From the NCBI GenBank assembly GCA_965226055.1, contig CBDDCA010000005.1, forward strand, positions 480,001 through 544,000: 64,000 nucleotides of DNA, given 5' to 3'. A program made the position numbers and the translations under genes. Every line of letters starts with the position of its first letter. The first letter of the stretch is position 1. This DNA is from Spirochaetia bacterium (lineage in GTDB: Bacteria > Spirochaetota > Spirochaetia > WTKD01 > G963693115). The notes beneath the pieces were generated by a model. The model did no database searches. It was not told where the DNA came from and worked only from the letters and a program-made list of their open reading frames with translations. Positions 38,001 through 47,259 of the stretch are shown here, piece by piece.

Positions 38001-40137
38001 TTACTTTACTTACATTCCAACTTGATATATCCCCATTAAATTTCGAAGCATAAAACATATTACTCATATTCTTCACATTACTTACATCCCAATCTGATAT
38101 ATCGCCATTAAAATCTCTCAATGTATAATCACTAAACACCCTACTCATATCCGTAACATTTCCTGTAAAAATTACATTCAAATCTGCTTTGTTATCATCT
38201 AGCCACCCATCATCATTGAGATCCATTTCATCTTTTATTGCTGCTATCAGTTCTGTTTTATTTGTAGGAAAATATGCGTACTTTCCTTGATTTGCCTTTA
38301 CCTCTAATGACAATGGCACAGTAGTACTCTTGCCTTGAAACTTAGCATCCCCAGTAAAAGTAATCGTATATGCTTTCTTTGCTACTTCTTTTGTTGTTAT
38401 TCCTCTTATTGTGCCATCTTTTGTACTAAATGATAATCCTGTATCTGTTTCAAATGTATTTGGCTCTATACTGTACACTCCTGTTGCAGTTGATGGAATT
38501 TGCTTTTGAACACTCACTGCTATGCTTTGCCCTAGAAATGTAATAGTATTTCCATGTAACTTAAACTCATAGAGCCATGTAGGTATGTTATTATCAGATA
38601 CATTAGCATTAACAAATATATCTGATGTATTTACTGTTCTTCCTGCTATATGCTCTCCCCATGCTTCTAAATCTTGATCAAATACTGCTGCTTTGCGAAA
38701 CATCTGTTGCATTGTAGTTACACTATCAACTGCCCATATTGATATATCTTTATTAAACACTTTTGCTTCTCTAAACATACTATACATACTTACAACATTA
38801 CTTACATCCCAACTTGATATATCCCCATTAAATTGCGATTCCTCAAACATATACCCCATATCTGTCACTTTACTGACATCCCAACTTGATATATCCCCAG
38901 TAAATTGTGAAGAATAAAACATTCCACGCATATTAGTAACATTCCCTACCTTCCATCTTGCTATTCCCCCATTCTCTCCTGTATACTTTGATTCAGAAAA
39001 CATTTGTCGCATATTCTTTGCATTACTGACATCCCACATTGAGATATCCCCATTAAACTCTTTTAATATTTCATTGTTAAATACATAACTCATATCAGTA
39101 ATAGCACTTACATCAATACCATTAAGATCTGCTGTAACATTATCAAGAAGTCCATTCCCATCAATATCTAATATCACTTTTAAGAGTGCTATTAGCTCTT
39201 CTTTTGACTTAGGAGCTGTCGAGTAATCTTTCACTGACACTGATAACTTTGCTTTTATATTTTTATTTTCTTCCTTATCGAAATATCCTGTTCCTGTAAA
39301 AGTAATGGTAAATTTCTTTGGTGTTCCTGCTGTTATTGTCTTAATATCTCCTGCCTTTGCTGTTATTATTCCTGTACTTTTATCAAAATTCATTCCTGTT
39401 GGAAGGGCATCTCCTGCTACTACTGGTGTCAATGTAAATGTTCCTGTTGCTGTTACTGGCCACCGAGTGATAGATATATTGACTGCTTGTCCTACTATTG
39501 CCACTACTATTTTTGGTTCTAGTAGAACTTCTAATGTCAACCATCTTGGATTCTCAGTAACTCCTGAATTCTTAAATACATCGTTACTCACTTTACTTAC
39601 CGCAGGAGCTACTGCCCATGCTTTAAGATCTTGAGTAAATGCAGATGCTCCTTCAAACATACTGTTAATCTGTGTTACCTTGCTTACATCCCAACCTGAT
39701 ATATCGCTATTAAATACTGTGGCTCCCTTAAACATATTACCCATGTTTGTTACTTTGCTTACATCCCAGTTTGATATCCCTCCACGAAACCCTGTTACTC
39801 CTTCAAACATACCACTCATATTTGTAACATTACTTACATTCCATTTTGATATATTCCCATTAAAGGTAGGATACTGCGTAAACAAATTACTCATATCAGT
39901 AACCTTACTTGTATCTATATCATTTAAGTCTGCATTTTTATCTTTCCCTACCCTATCAGATATAAGCTGTAACAATTGTGCTTTTGTAGTAGGTTGTAAA
40001 TCTCCCCCCCCACCTCCAGGAGGAGTAGGGGTATCTCCGCCAGAAGATGATCCTCCGCTTGGTTCTTCACAACTAATCAATACTGCTAACAGCATTACAC
40101 ACACAATAATTCCTATATAAAAACTATTATTTTTCAT
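32095..40137 (-). CDS. Giant (2680 aa) surface lipoprotein: eight DUF285/BspA-type repeat blocks separated by seven putative Ig-like domains
   Basis: Lipobox VLISC; repeated cap P..K..LI..IK; 23/25-aa FNGDISxWDVSxVTxMxxMF repeats; Ig-like spacers (DTGL.F....G.ISG.......K.YTI.FTG). Confidence 0.92.
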   Translation of the reverse strand: MKNNSFYIGIIVCVMLLAVLISCEEPSGGSSSGGDTPTPPGGGGGDLQPTTKAQLLQLISDRVGKDKNADLNDIDTSKVTDMSNLFTQYPTFNGNISKWNVSNVTNMSGMFEGVTGFRGGISNWDVSKVTNMGNMFKGATVFNSDISGWDVSKVTQINSMFEGASAFTQDLKAWAVAPAVSKVSNDVFKNSGVTENPRWLTLEVLLEPKIVVAIVGQAVNISITRWPVTATGTFTLTPVVAGDALPTGMNFDKSTGIITAKAGDIKTITAGTPKKFTITFTGTGYFDKEENKNIKAKLSVSVKDYSTAPKSKEELIALLKVILDIDGNGLLDNVTADLNGIDVSAITDMSYVFNNEILKEFNGDISMWDVSNAKNMRQMFSESKYTGENGGIARWKVGNVTNMRGMFYSSQFTGDISSWDVSKVTDMGYMFEESQFNGDISSWDVSNVVSMYSMFREAKVFNKDISIWAVDSVTTMQQMFRKAAVFDQDLEAWGEHIAGRTVNTSDIFVNANVSDNNIPTWLYEFKLHGNTITFLGQSIAVSVQKQIPSTATGVYSIEPNTFETDTGLSFSTKDGTIRGITTKEVAKKAYTITFTGDAKFQGKSTTVPLSLEVKANQGKYAYFPTNKTELIAAIKDEMDLNDDGWLDDNKADLNVIFTGNVTDMSRVFSDYTLRDFNGDISDWDVSNVKNMSNMFYASKFNGDISSWNVSKVTVMDSMFHGSEFNGDISSWDVGNVTDMSAMFFNTKLFTGDISKWDVSNVKDMDSMFRDSQFNGDISNWKVSNVANMDSMFRGSEFNGDISKWDVSNVVNMTSMFQNSQFTGDISNWKVNNVVDMFGMFRDSQFNEDISGWDVSKVTVMANMFRSSQFTGDISGWDVSNVSDMENMFRDSKFTRDISKWDVSNVTNMESMFEGATVFDKDLEAWGEHLSGRTINTTDIFKDSQISGVRIPTWLYTLRYQDNNVTVSERVFTTYDTNIALSIERTPTEATGTYSITPDTFVADTGLAFDANTGTISGSSTKALLTKEYTITFVGNGDYAGKRKSTTLSITIRDVSSKTYFPKTKAQLIANIKTVMDTNNDDSPNDNSADLNVIYTGYIKDMSGVFYDSDLRDFNGDISGWDVKNVTNMSSMFEESKFTGENGDITNWDVGNVENMNDMFRKSSYVGDISGWDVRSVTTMNEMFRETSYNKDITGWDVLNVTSMRLMFYKNTVFDQDISAWNVSKVVTMDWMFGEAEAFNQDISDWDIESVVNVNSMFQGATAFDKNLDAWGEHMIGRTVSTKGIFNTSDNSGLIFSESKIPTWLYDFVLTVDGNESNIIDGVVGTAIEDNGTITVKKKYPATATGNYTITPNIQTDIGLTLDTNTGTISGSPNKVQSKKTYTLTFRGTGDYAGKSYKIPFSMTIVAGKYSYQPTDKAELIANIKTVMAADSDGDGTPDGNTADLNSIYTGDITDMNGVFNDASLRNFNGDISGWDVSKVTNMRNMFNASKFTGENGDITNWDVGKVTNMRDMFNASKFNGDISGWNVSKVANMAGMFGNATAFNQDISSWNVSNLTNMSYMFYQATSFNQDISSWAVDSVTTMQNMFTGAAAFDQDLDAWGEHMAGRTVNIANIFKNTAGNGIILPDVKVPTWRYALSQTYQGRSSHLFLLLKGRSVNITLNNAGVSTFNATGSYSIEPSTFAADTGLVFDTSSGAISGTSTIALSRKNYTITFTGSGAYAGKRATILFAMQVDDKSGTYTYKYFPVTKEDLITVIKTVMAADGDGDGTPDGNTADLKSIYTGDITDMSRVFYTRALNNFNGDISSWDVGNVKNMESMFLDADSFNGDISGWDVKNVTNMESMFAGADSFNQDISGWDVGNVIDMESMFIGADSFNGDISGWDVSNVTSMKAMFGFTSTFNQDISRWAVDSVTTMESMFQGAAAFNQNLDAWGEHIAGRKVNITNILSNRDNNGYILSKEKMPGWVYTFSQTYLGAVVSSFKIGVGQRNTNITLSNTGVSTFDATGTYSIEPSTFTIDTGLQLNAQNGTISGVPNKALSRKTYAIKFTGNGVYNGKIASKEFTIEIVQLANTYSYYPNSRTQLLIAIKDVMDTNNDGSPNNNNADLNVIYTGDITDMNEVFHDSALRNFDGNISGWDVSNVTDMEEMFGESKFNGDISGWDVSKVTDMNGMFYKADAFNQDISGWAVDRVTGMHSMFREATAFDQNLDAWGEHMAGRKVRTEDMFNNQNNNGYILSDEKIPDWIYTLSQTYKGAVSSSFTVVVGQKNVSITLSNTGTSIFNATGTYSIEPSTFTADTGLAFDATNGTISGTSIKLLLPKKYTIVFTGNSVYVGKKATKEFTMQVNKYKYYPTNKARLIENIKTVMDTDSDNIPDNNSADLNVIYTGNITDMSRVFNDRNLRNFNGDISGWDTSKVTNMSRMFEDSQFNGDVSQWNVSKVTDMSYMFAGASAFNGDISGWDVSKVTNMEAMFFIAVAFNQDISDWKVGNVTNMKLMFGQSGVGPTGAFNGDISGWDVSKVTNMEAMFEKSVFTGKNGGILYWQVGNVTNMKKMFHTSKFNGDISSWDISKVTNMNGMFRRNIVFNGDITKWDVRKVTDIREMLKEAIAFNQDISGWAIEGTNDITSILEGANDFNQDIYEWNVHLGSSPTTSNAFKGTDLEKNSKVPDWAGGTYKGPTTSR

Positions 40138-40209
40138 ACTTGTCTCCTTATGTATTCCATAATTATATTATTATTGCTTATTATACACCATATGCAATAT
40201 TATAGTTTT

Positions 40210-40330
40210 TGTATTTTTACCAGCTCGTGTGCCCCCAAAACCATAATAACAACTATACTATCATGGAAATAACAAATAAAAACAAAAAAAGAGAGAGAGT
40301 ACATAATATACTCTAAACTATATAATAAAA
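40210..40330 (+). mobile_element. Decayed left-end remnant of the IS481-type element
   Basis: TGTATTTTTACCAGCTCGTGTGCCCCCAAAA...TATACTATCATGGAAATAA...GAGTACATAATATACTCTAAACT aligns with 48409-48530; transposase ATG mutated to ATA. Confidence 0.8.
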
Positions 40331-40368
40331 AAGTACTTTCTGATATCTGTTATTTTATTTTTGATTTT

Positions 40369-43149
40369 CTATTGATATACCAAATTTTTGTTATATTTTT
40401 TTGTAGTTGAGGTTGTTGATAGAAATTTCGTTGCTTTTTTAGTGACTCTTTTATCATATTGGCTTATATGGAAAGTATCATTATCTTTTATCCCTAACAT
40501 AATATTACTTCCTTCTTTTATCTCTGCTTTCAAAATTGAGGAAGCAACACAATCTTCTATCTCCCGTATCCCTTTTGCAATACTTCTTGCTCCGTATTCT
40601 TTTTGATAATATTTATTGAGTAAAAGCTGTTCCACACTTTTCTCTATTTGCACCTCTATTTTATGCTTTTTTAGATCAATTTCCAATGCATGCAACATAT
40701 TACGTATAATAATCTGTACTTGTTCCTTTTGTAAAAGATTAAATACTACAATATCATTAAATCTATTTATGAGTTCAGGACGAAATAATTTTTTCACTTC
40801 CTGCATTGCAAGAATTTCTACATTTTTATTATCAATAGTTTTGTTTGAGAATCCTACTAATTGAGATTGAAGTATCTCTTTAGAACCTACATTAGAAGTA
40901 AATATAATGATACTATGCCGAAAATCAGCATATTCACCTCTTTGTCCTTGCAATGTTCCTTCTTCTAGAATTTGTAAAAAAATATCATAAATTCTTGGAT
41001 GAGCTTTTTCTATTTCGTCAAATAAAAGTACTTGGTGAGGACGTCTTCGTACACTCTTAATAAGAATACCACTTTCTTCATATCCTACATAACCAGGAGG
41101 AGATCCAATTAAACGATTGATACTATTTGATTCTGAATAATCTCCCATATCAAAACGAGTGAGTGCTTCTTCTACACCATATAATTGCTGTGCAAGTTGC
41201 CTGGCAGTGAAGGTTTTTCCTACCCCAGAAGGGCCAAGAAATATAAAAGATCCCATAGGTTGACGTGATGAACGCAAGCCTAAAATTCCCCGACTGACAC
41301 TAGCAGTAACGGCTTGTATTGCCTCATCTTGACCAATAATAGTTTGTTTCAATCTTTCTTCAAAATTGTTTAGTAAGGTAATATTTTTACTCTGTAAGTT
41401 TTCTTGATTTATCCCCGTTATTTTAGAAACAATTTCACGAACATTTTTTGGATTTATACGTGTTTGTTTATATGTAAAAGCATGAATAAGCTTTTTTTGT
41501 AACTCTCTTCTTTTTTGAGTAGTAGCATAAAATTTATCTATATTTAAGGTGTAGTCATCGCTACCTGTATCAGAAGAATCAGCAGAGCTATCATTTGTAT
41601 CCTTATTTTCTTGTTGATTATCTTTATGCTGCACCTTGTTATGTTTTTGTGTCTTTCGGATGGTGCTAATAAGAGAATTTTCTTCTTTTATGAGTTCTTT
41701 TAATTCTTTTGGTGCTTGCACTTTATTCAACGATGTATATGAACCAATCTCATCTAAAAGATCGATGGCTTTATCAGGAAGTTTTCTATCAAAAAAATAG
41801 TTTGATGATAGCTTTACAATTTCATGAATTGCATCTGAGCTAAAACGAACATTATGCTTTTCTTCATAGACATTTTTTATTTGCTGCAACGCTAACACAG
41901 TGGCTTGCTGAGACATTTCTTGTATTTCTATCAGCTGCAAACGTCTTTGAAATGCTTTATCTACTTCAATATGTTTACGGTACTCTTCAAAAGTAGTAGC
42001 GCCTATGCAGGAAATAGTTCCTCGTGCTAAGGCAGGCTTTAGTATTCCTGCTGCGTCCATAGTGAGTCCTGACGCAAGCCCAGTACCAACAATATGGTGA
42101 AATTCATCAATAAAAAGAAAGATTTTCCGTTTTTTAGATTGTTGCACTACCTCATTTACTATATTCATCAGACGTTCTTCAAAGTCTCCTCGATACCGTG
42201 TACCTGCAGTAAGAGAAGTTAAATTTAGCTCTAATATACGTGAATCTAACAGAGGGAGAGGGGCATCCCCTATAGCAATTCTTCTTGCTAATTCTTCAAC
42301 AATAGCAGTTTTTCCTACTCCTGCATCCCCTACAAGTAATGGATTATTTTTTTGTTTTCTCAAAAGAACTCGAAATACTTTTTCTATTTCTTCATCTCTT
42401 CCATGTATAATATATGTTTTGTCTTCATAAAACTTTTTAGTTAAATCAATACAATATTTTTGCAACTCATCTGTTTTTTTCAACTGGTATCCAGAAACTT
42501 TTTCTATAGTTTGTTTAGAATATTGTTGTTCATTGTCCTGAGAAGAAACTTTACTTTTATTCAAAGATAATGTAAATTCATCAGAATCAGATTTTTCTTG
42601 ACTAGTACTAGTATAGGCATCTTCCGTATCTGAAGCTATTTGCTTGTTAGGGCTATCTCCTTGTACTTCATTTCGTTTTTCCTTAAGAAATTTATGATAA
42701 TGCTTTCGAAAATCGTCCAAAGCAAGATGATGTCTCATCAAAATGACATTTGCAATAGATTGCTCATCTGCACAACAAGCGAGAAACAATGAAAATGTGT
42801 CAAGTATATTTTGATTATAGTTACGAGATTCATCAATAGCTTGTAAAATAATTTTCTTTGTTCTTTGAGATATTGCTGGCTCAATAAGCACGTTATAGTA
42901 CACTAAAATATTCTTGCTTGATATAGCTTCTTCATCACTTATTTTATCCATATGACTTTCAAGAATACATTGAAAATGTACCATATCAATAATCTCATCC
43001 AGCATAGTAAATACTTTTTCACCAGCATCTTTTAATAAAGCTATGAGAATATGCTCAGGTTGTACAACTTTGTGTTGAAAACGCTGCATTTCTATAAGAG
43101 CTAAATTATTGATAATTCTATTACTGTTTTCTGAAAGACCTTGAAACAT
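40369..43149 (-). CDS. clpC: ATP-dependent Clp protease ATP-binding subunit (ClpC-type)
   Basis: Clp-N (PEHILIAL), NBD1 [27 protein letters not shown]2 [17 protein letters not shown], ClpP-binding loop VGF, YGAR. Confidence 0.9.
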   Translation of the reverse strand: MFQGLSENSNRIINNLALIEMQRFQHKVVQPEHILIALLKDAGEKVFTMLDEIIDMVHFQCILESHMDKISDEEAISSKNILVYYNVLIEPAISQRTKKIILQAIDESRNYNQNILDTFSLFLACCADEQSIANVILMRHHLALDDFRKHYHKFLKEKRNEVQGDSPNKQIASDTEDAYTSTSQEKSDSDEFTLSLNKSKVSSQDNEQQYSKQTIEKVSGYQLKKTDELQKYCIDLTKKFYEDKTYIIHGRDEEIEKVFRVLLRKQKNNPLLVGDAGVGKTAIVEELARRIAIGDAPLPLLDSRILELNLTSLTAGTRYRGDFEERLMNIVNEVVQQSKKRKIFLFIDEFHHIVGTGLASGLTMDAAGILKPALARGTISCIGATTFEEYRKHIEVDKAFQRRLQLIEIQEMSQQATVLALQQIKNVYEEKHNVRFSSDAIHEIVKLSSNYFFDRKLPDKAIDLLDEIGSYTSLNKVQAPKELKELIKEENSLISTIRKTQKHNKVQHKDNQQENKDTNDSSADSSDTGSDDYTLNIDKFYATTQKRRELQKKLIHAFTYKQTRINPKNVREIVSKITGINQENLQSKNITLLNNFEERLKQTIIGQDEAIQAVTASVSRGILGLRSSRQPMGSFIFLGPSGVGKTFTARQLAQQLYGVEEALTRFDMGDYSESNSINRLIGSPPGYVGYEESGILIKSVRRRPHQVLLFDEIEKAHPRIYDIFLQILEEGTLQGQRGEYADFRHSIIIFTSNVGSKEILQSQLVGFSNKTIDNKNVEILAMQEVKKLFRPELINRFNDIVVFNLLQKEQVQIIIRNMLHALEIDLKKHKIEVQIEKSVEQLLLNKYYQKEYGARSIAKGIREIEDCVASSILKAEIKEGSNIMLGIKDNDTFHISQYDKRVTKKATKFLSTTSTTKKYNKNLVYQ

Positions 43150-43201
43150 CCTTGTTTCCTATGTTATCCTTATATTTTTAAATTATATATTTACTCTATT
43201 A

Positions 43202-43228
43202 GTATCGACAAAACAAAACAAAACTTTA
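43202..43228 (-). promoter_or_regulatory. Sigma28-type promoter upstream of clpC
   Basis: TAAA-(GTTTT)3-GTCGATAC, 15-nt spacer. Confidence 0.6.
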
Positions 43229-43358
43229 AATTATATCTTCTGTCAATTTATAGTAATAGAAATGCTTGTGGTGTAGTTTTTGTTTGGCTTCTAGTTTGAA
43301 TTTCCACTCGCACTTGCGAGTAAGACAAAGTATAAAAAAAATACTATTATATATACAT

Positions 43359-43985
43359 ATGATAAAAGAATTTATTGAGACTCAAACAATCAAAAAGAAT
43401 GCGTTTTTTCTTGCAGAAAAGATTTATGATGATGGTTTTATTCCTTCTGTAATCTATGTGAGCTTACGCGGAGGAGCTATACTAGGAAACATTATTAGTG
43501 AGTATTTTAAGCTGTCAGCACATCCTTCTTTTCCTCCAATTTATGGAGCTGTTGTTATTCATTCATATGCTACTGTACAAAAAACAACAAACATTACTAT
43601 TGATGGATGGACATATCCTCCGAGTAAACTACGAAGGCATGATAAGGTACTTCTTGTTGATGATATATTTGATTCGGGCAGAACTATCAATAAGTTATGC
43701 GAAATTTTAGAGGAACAAGGAGTAATAAGAGAAAATTTGAAAATTGCAGTGCATGATTACAAAATTCGCAAATTTATTTCAACTCAACATCCATTTGTTC
43801 CTGATTATTATTGCAGAAAAATTGAAATTCCTACACAAGAAGAAGATACTTGGATACATTATCTTAGTCATGAAATAGATGGCTTAAATACACAAGAGAT
43901 TGAAACACACTATGATAGAACCTTACAAGCACCTATAAAAAAACTCATAGAAAGAAGAGCTCAAAAGTTACAAGAGCATTCTTGA
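43359..43985 (+). CDS. Type I phosphoribosyltransferase
   Basis: SLRGG and PRPP-binding VLLVDDIFDSGRT; start reassigned to ATG 43359 (MIKEF). Confidence 0.88.
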   Translation: MIKEFIETQTIKKNAFFLAEKIYDDGFIPSVIYVSLRGGAILGNIISEYFKLSAHPSFPPIYGAVVIHSYATVQKTTNITIDGWTYPPSKLRRHDKVLLVDDIFDSGRTINKLCEILEEQGVIRENLKIAVHDYKIRKFISTQHPFVPDYYCRKIEIPTQEEDTWIHYLSHEIDGLNTQEIETHYDRTLQAPIKKLIERRAQKLQEHS

Positions 43986-44064
43986 CAAAACAATAAATAG
44001 CCTAATATCCAAAGTACAGTACCTTGTACTAGCATCTATAGTACACAAATACTCTCTCCTATGT

Positions 44065-45072
44065 CTAGTTATCTTGCACACGCAATGATTCATATATCTT
44101 TGCATATTCAATAATATCAGGCCTATATTCAAAATGGATAGTATCGTAGTTTGCCCACTTGCCTCCCCATATGAACCCATGTTCTTCAAATATAGAAACT
44201 ATTTTGTCAGGAATAAGCCACATATTTTTTAAGGGCATCTTATTCCATTTGTTTGGATAAATGACTTTTGACCATTGCCAATATACCACTTTTTTATCGT
44301 ATGTTGTATGTAAAAAATCTAATGCTAAACCAAAAGAATGCATACTGATATTTTCGCTTTTTGTTACTTTTCTCCTACTATAACTTGATATTTGATGCAC
44401 TGAGTTAAGAAAGTCTTGTACTATAGTATCTGTTTTTGCTACTGTACGTATTCTTTGTTCTATGCTCGCTAGAGCATCAACAATAAGTGCATGAACAGTA
44501 ATTCTTTCTCCAAGAAAAGAGATAGTCTGTAAGTAAGAGGTGTCTTGATTATGAGTAAGTGCATTTTGCAAATCTGTTGAACGTTGTAATACATAGGTAT
44601 TTGTATCACTCCTAATAATAGAATCATATATATCGGAAATGGGAGCTAAGGGGTAAGCATACATCACAGTATGGTACGCATCTTTATTTTGCAACTGCGA
44701 AAAAAACAACATTTTTCCATCAGCATAATATACTTTCCTGTCATTGATATGAAAAACAAAATCTGCCTTATTAATATCCCAATAATACTTTTGAATAACA
44801 TTTGAATACCCAAGAATAATTGCAACAATCTGGTGGAGAGATTGCTCATCTTTAATATAATAAAGATGAGCAGCTTGCGTATCGGACAAATTTTTCTTTT
44901 CAATGATGCTATACATGGCATTTGTATTATTTATAAACTCATTATTTTGCTCGACTCCTAAAGGAGATACACGATAGAACTGAGAAATCAAAAACATAAA
45001 AAAGAAGACACACAGTACTGCAATAGAAAACAATACCAGATAGAGTAAAATTTTAGAAAATCTATACAACAC
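44065..45072 (-). CDS. M15 family metallopeptidase (peptidoglycan peptidase), membrane-anchored
   Basis: SMHSFGLALD (SxHxxGxAxD), FE.HGF.WGG.W..YD.IHFEY. Confidence 0.88.
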   Translation of the reverse strand: MLYRFSKILLYLVLFSIAVLCVFFFMFLISQFYRVSPLGVEQNNEFINNTNAMYSIIEKKNLSDTQAAHLYYIKDEQSLHQIVAIILGYSNVIQKYYWDINKADFVFHINDRKVYYADGKMLFFSQLQNKDAYHTVMYAYPLAPISDIYDSIIRSDTNTYVLQRSTDLQNALTHNQDTSYLQTISFLGERITVHALIVDALASIEQRIRTVAKTDTIVQDFLNSVHQISSYSRRKVTKSENISMHSFGLALDFLHTTYDKKVVYWQWSKVIYPNKWNKMPLKNMWLIPDKIVSIFEEHGFIWGGKWANYDTIHFEYRPDIIEYAKIYESLRVQDN

Positions 45073-45104
45073 TTATGCCCTATACTTTCTGGAAATATAT
45101 GGTA

Positions 45105-46076
45105 TTACGATCTTTCTTGATATAAGGAATCTATCACCTGCATAGTATCTATTGCATCATCTAATGAAACAGGGACCTTAGTATCTTTCATGATTGCATC
45201 TGAAAATGCTTCTGCCTGTAATGTATATTGATTACAAGGATCAAAAGTAATAGCTTCTCTTGTATTATTAGATACAATGACTATACAGGCTCGTTCTGTA
45301 GGGTTTGGATTAAATGGAACCTCAACATCAATATAGCCTTTAGTTCCAAAAATTTTTACATTTTGATAGGGGACCATTTGCGTAGAACAACTAACACTGG
45401 CAGTAGCATTTTGAAACTCTAAAAACGCAGTACACATAGTATCTGTCTTGAAGGTTTTATCAATTAAAAATGTTCCCATTGCTTTTTTAGGATTCTCTTT
45501 TAGTATAGTGCGTGCTACAGAGATACCGTAACAGCCTATATCATATAAAGCACCTCCACCATACTCTTTCTTATTACGAATATTTTCGGGAGCATCATTA
45601 TAATAAGAAAATACTGTTTCTGTATGTCTTACTTTCCCTATCCTTCCTTCCTCTACTAGCTCAAGTACTTCCATCCACTGTGGATGAAAACGATACATAA
45701 ATGCTTCCATTACCTTAAGAGAGGGATGTTGTTTTGCCTGTGCTACAAGAGGCTGTATGTTTTTTACATTTAGTCCAAGAGGTTTTTCGCATAATACATG
45801 CTTTCCATGTTCTATTGCTTTCATACTCCAATCTACATGCATATGGTTGGGCAAAGGATTGTATATTGCATCAATGTTCTTATCTTGCAATAACTCCTCA
45901 TAGCTCTCGTATACTTTAGGAATACCATGCTTCTTTGCATAGTGTAACAGATCTGTATTCTTTCCACGACTTGCAATAGCGTATACATTACAGTTTCTTC
46001 CATTTTGTATCGCAGGAATAACATGCTCCTTTGCTATCTTTGCAAAACCAATAACACCAAATGTAACAGAATTCAT
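45105..46076 (-). CDS. Gfo/Idh/MocA family oxidoreductase
   Basis: GKHVLCEKP, EAFMYRFHPQ, GGGALYDIGCY. Confidence 0.93.
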   Translation of the reverse strand: MNSVTFGVIGFAKIAKEHVIPAIQNGRNCNVYAIASRGKNTDLLHYAKKHGIPKVYESYEELLQDKNIDAIYNPLPNHMHVDWSMKAIEHGKHVLCEKPLGLNVKNIQPLVAQAKQHPSLKVMEAFMYRFHPQWMEVLELVEEGRIGKVRHTETVFSYYNDAPENIRNKKEYGGGALYDIGCYGISVARTILKENPKKAMGTFLIDKTFKTDTMCTAFLEFQNATASVSCSTQMVPYQNVKIFGTKGYIDVEVPFNPNPTERACIVIVSNNTREAITFDPCNQYTLQAEAFSDAIMKDTKVPVSLDDAIDTMQVIDSLYQERS

Positions 46077-46147
46077 ATAATTACCTTTATGCTTTCCTAT
46101 TCAAAACTTCCTACTTAAAGTATAATGAAAAACAATATAAATTGTTA

Positions 46148-47116
46148 TTATTTATACATCAATATATTTTCATAATTTTTGTCAGTTACAATGACAGGAT
46201 CAAGATATATTGTTCGTACTTTCTTCTTGCCATTATATACTAATTCTTGATAAACTGCTTTCTTTTTATTAAACAACGCAACGGCAACTTCTATAGAAGT
46301 ATGTGCTAACTCATCAGTATCTTCCAATACACTCACAATCTGCTGTTTCTTTTGAAAACGGTTATATGTTCTGCCAGAACTTCCTACACCAGCAAACAGC
46401 ACATTGGTTTTTGATTGTTCTTCAAAATATATATCGACTGTGTCTAGTATATATGGTGCGTCACTTATTACTACCACATTACTTGCTATATACGGATACA
46501 GTATACTTTTAATTTGTTTTTGTATACTATTATTCAATGTCTGTTGTACTCTATATGGATCTACTAACACTTTTTTTTCCACTATTCCTTCTAATATTTG
46601 TTCGGCTGTTCCATTACCATCAGAAATAAACAAGATATTTTCATAATCGCGAAATACTTTTATATACTTGGCAAGTATGCTGCCAAAATCAAAATAATTA
46701 TAGCCAACAAAATACTCTACGGTATTTGTATTAAGCGGTAATATCTTTATTGATACTACTTTTAGTGGAAGATACCTTGATTTATTAAGCACTCTCCCAA
46801 CACTTATATCATCAACAGGAGCAATAATAAGAACTTTCATATCTTGTAAAAGTGCATCATTTAATTGTTCTTCTTGTAACACAACATCCATATCAGAATA
46901 AAAAAACCTAAGCTGTGTATTATCAGTAATATCAGTATTTGTAAAGCTGTCCTTTAACTGTACCCACGATCTTTCTCTTTGACTAGGAAGCAATACTCCA
47001 ATAGTATCGGGATCTTCTGTATGTTCTCCATTTGCACGTGCAAATACAGGCAGAGTATCACCTACTACGGCTACTATACAAAAAAAGACAATCAATCGTA
47101 TATATTTTTTATTCAT
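46148..47116 (-). CDS. Sugar ABC transporter substrate-binding protein (XylF/ChvE-like, divergent)
   Basis: Signal peptide, IGVLLP....RSW, VLIIAPVD, C-terminal YNGKK.V....L.P..VT..N. Confidence 0.75.
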   Translation of the reverse strand: MNKKYIRLIVFFCIVAVVGDTLPVFARANGEHTEDPDTIGVLLPSQRERSWVQLKDSFTNTDITDNTQLRFFYSDMDVVLQEEQLNDALLQDMKVLIIAPVDDISVGRVLNKSRYLPLKVVSIKILPLNTNTVEYFVGYNYFDFGSILAKYIKVFRDYENILFISDGNGTAEQILEGIVEKKVLVDPYRVQQTLNNSIQKQIKSILYPYIASNVVVISDAPYILDTVDIYFEEQSKTNVLFAGVGSSGRTYNRFQKKQQIVSVLEDTDELAHTSIEVAVALFNKKKAVYQELVYNGKKKVRTIYLDPVIVTDKNYENILMYK

Positions 47117-47259
47117 ATATTTGCTTCCTACTAAAACTGAAAAAACAGTGTACTATTCCATTAGTATAGTACTTTCTCCTCTACTTTTGAAATACATAGA
47201 AACAATACATTACCCCCTTGTAAAATAGTAACATATAAATAATACAGTATACTAAATAT

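Noticed and set aside
32200-40000. CRISPR-like pattern of conserved ~25-bp words at ~69-75 bp period (also 58600-63800)
   Set aside because: Periods are multiples of three inside long ORFs encoding DUF285 repeats, the 'spacers' are homologous to each other, and no cas genes are present.
43266-43358. ORF-track TTG start for the phosphoribosyltransferase
   Set aside because: The extension is non-homologous-looking intergenic sequence; ATG 43359 fits the family length better.
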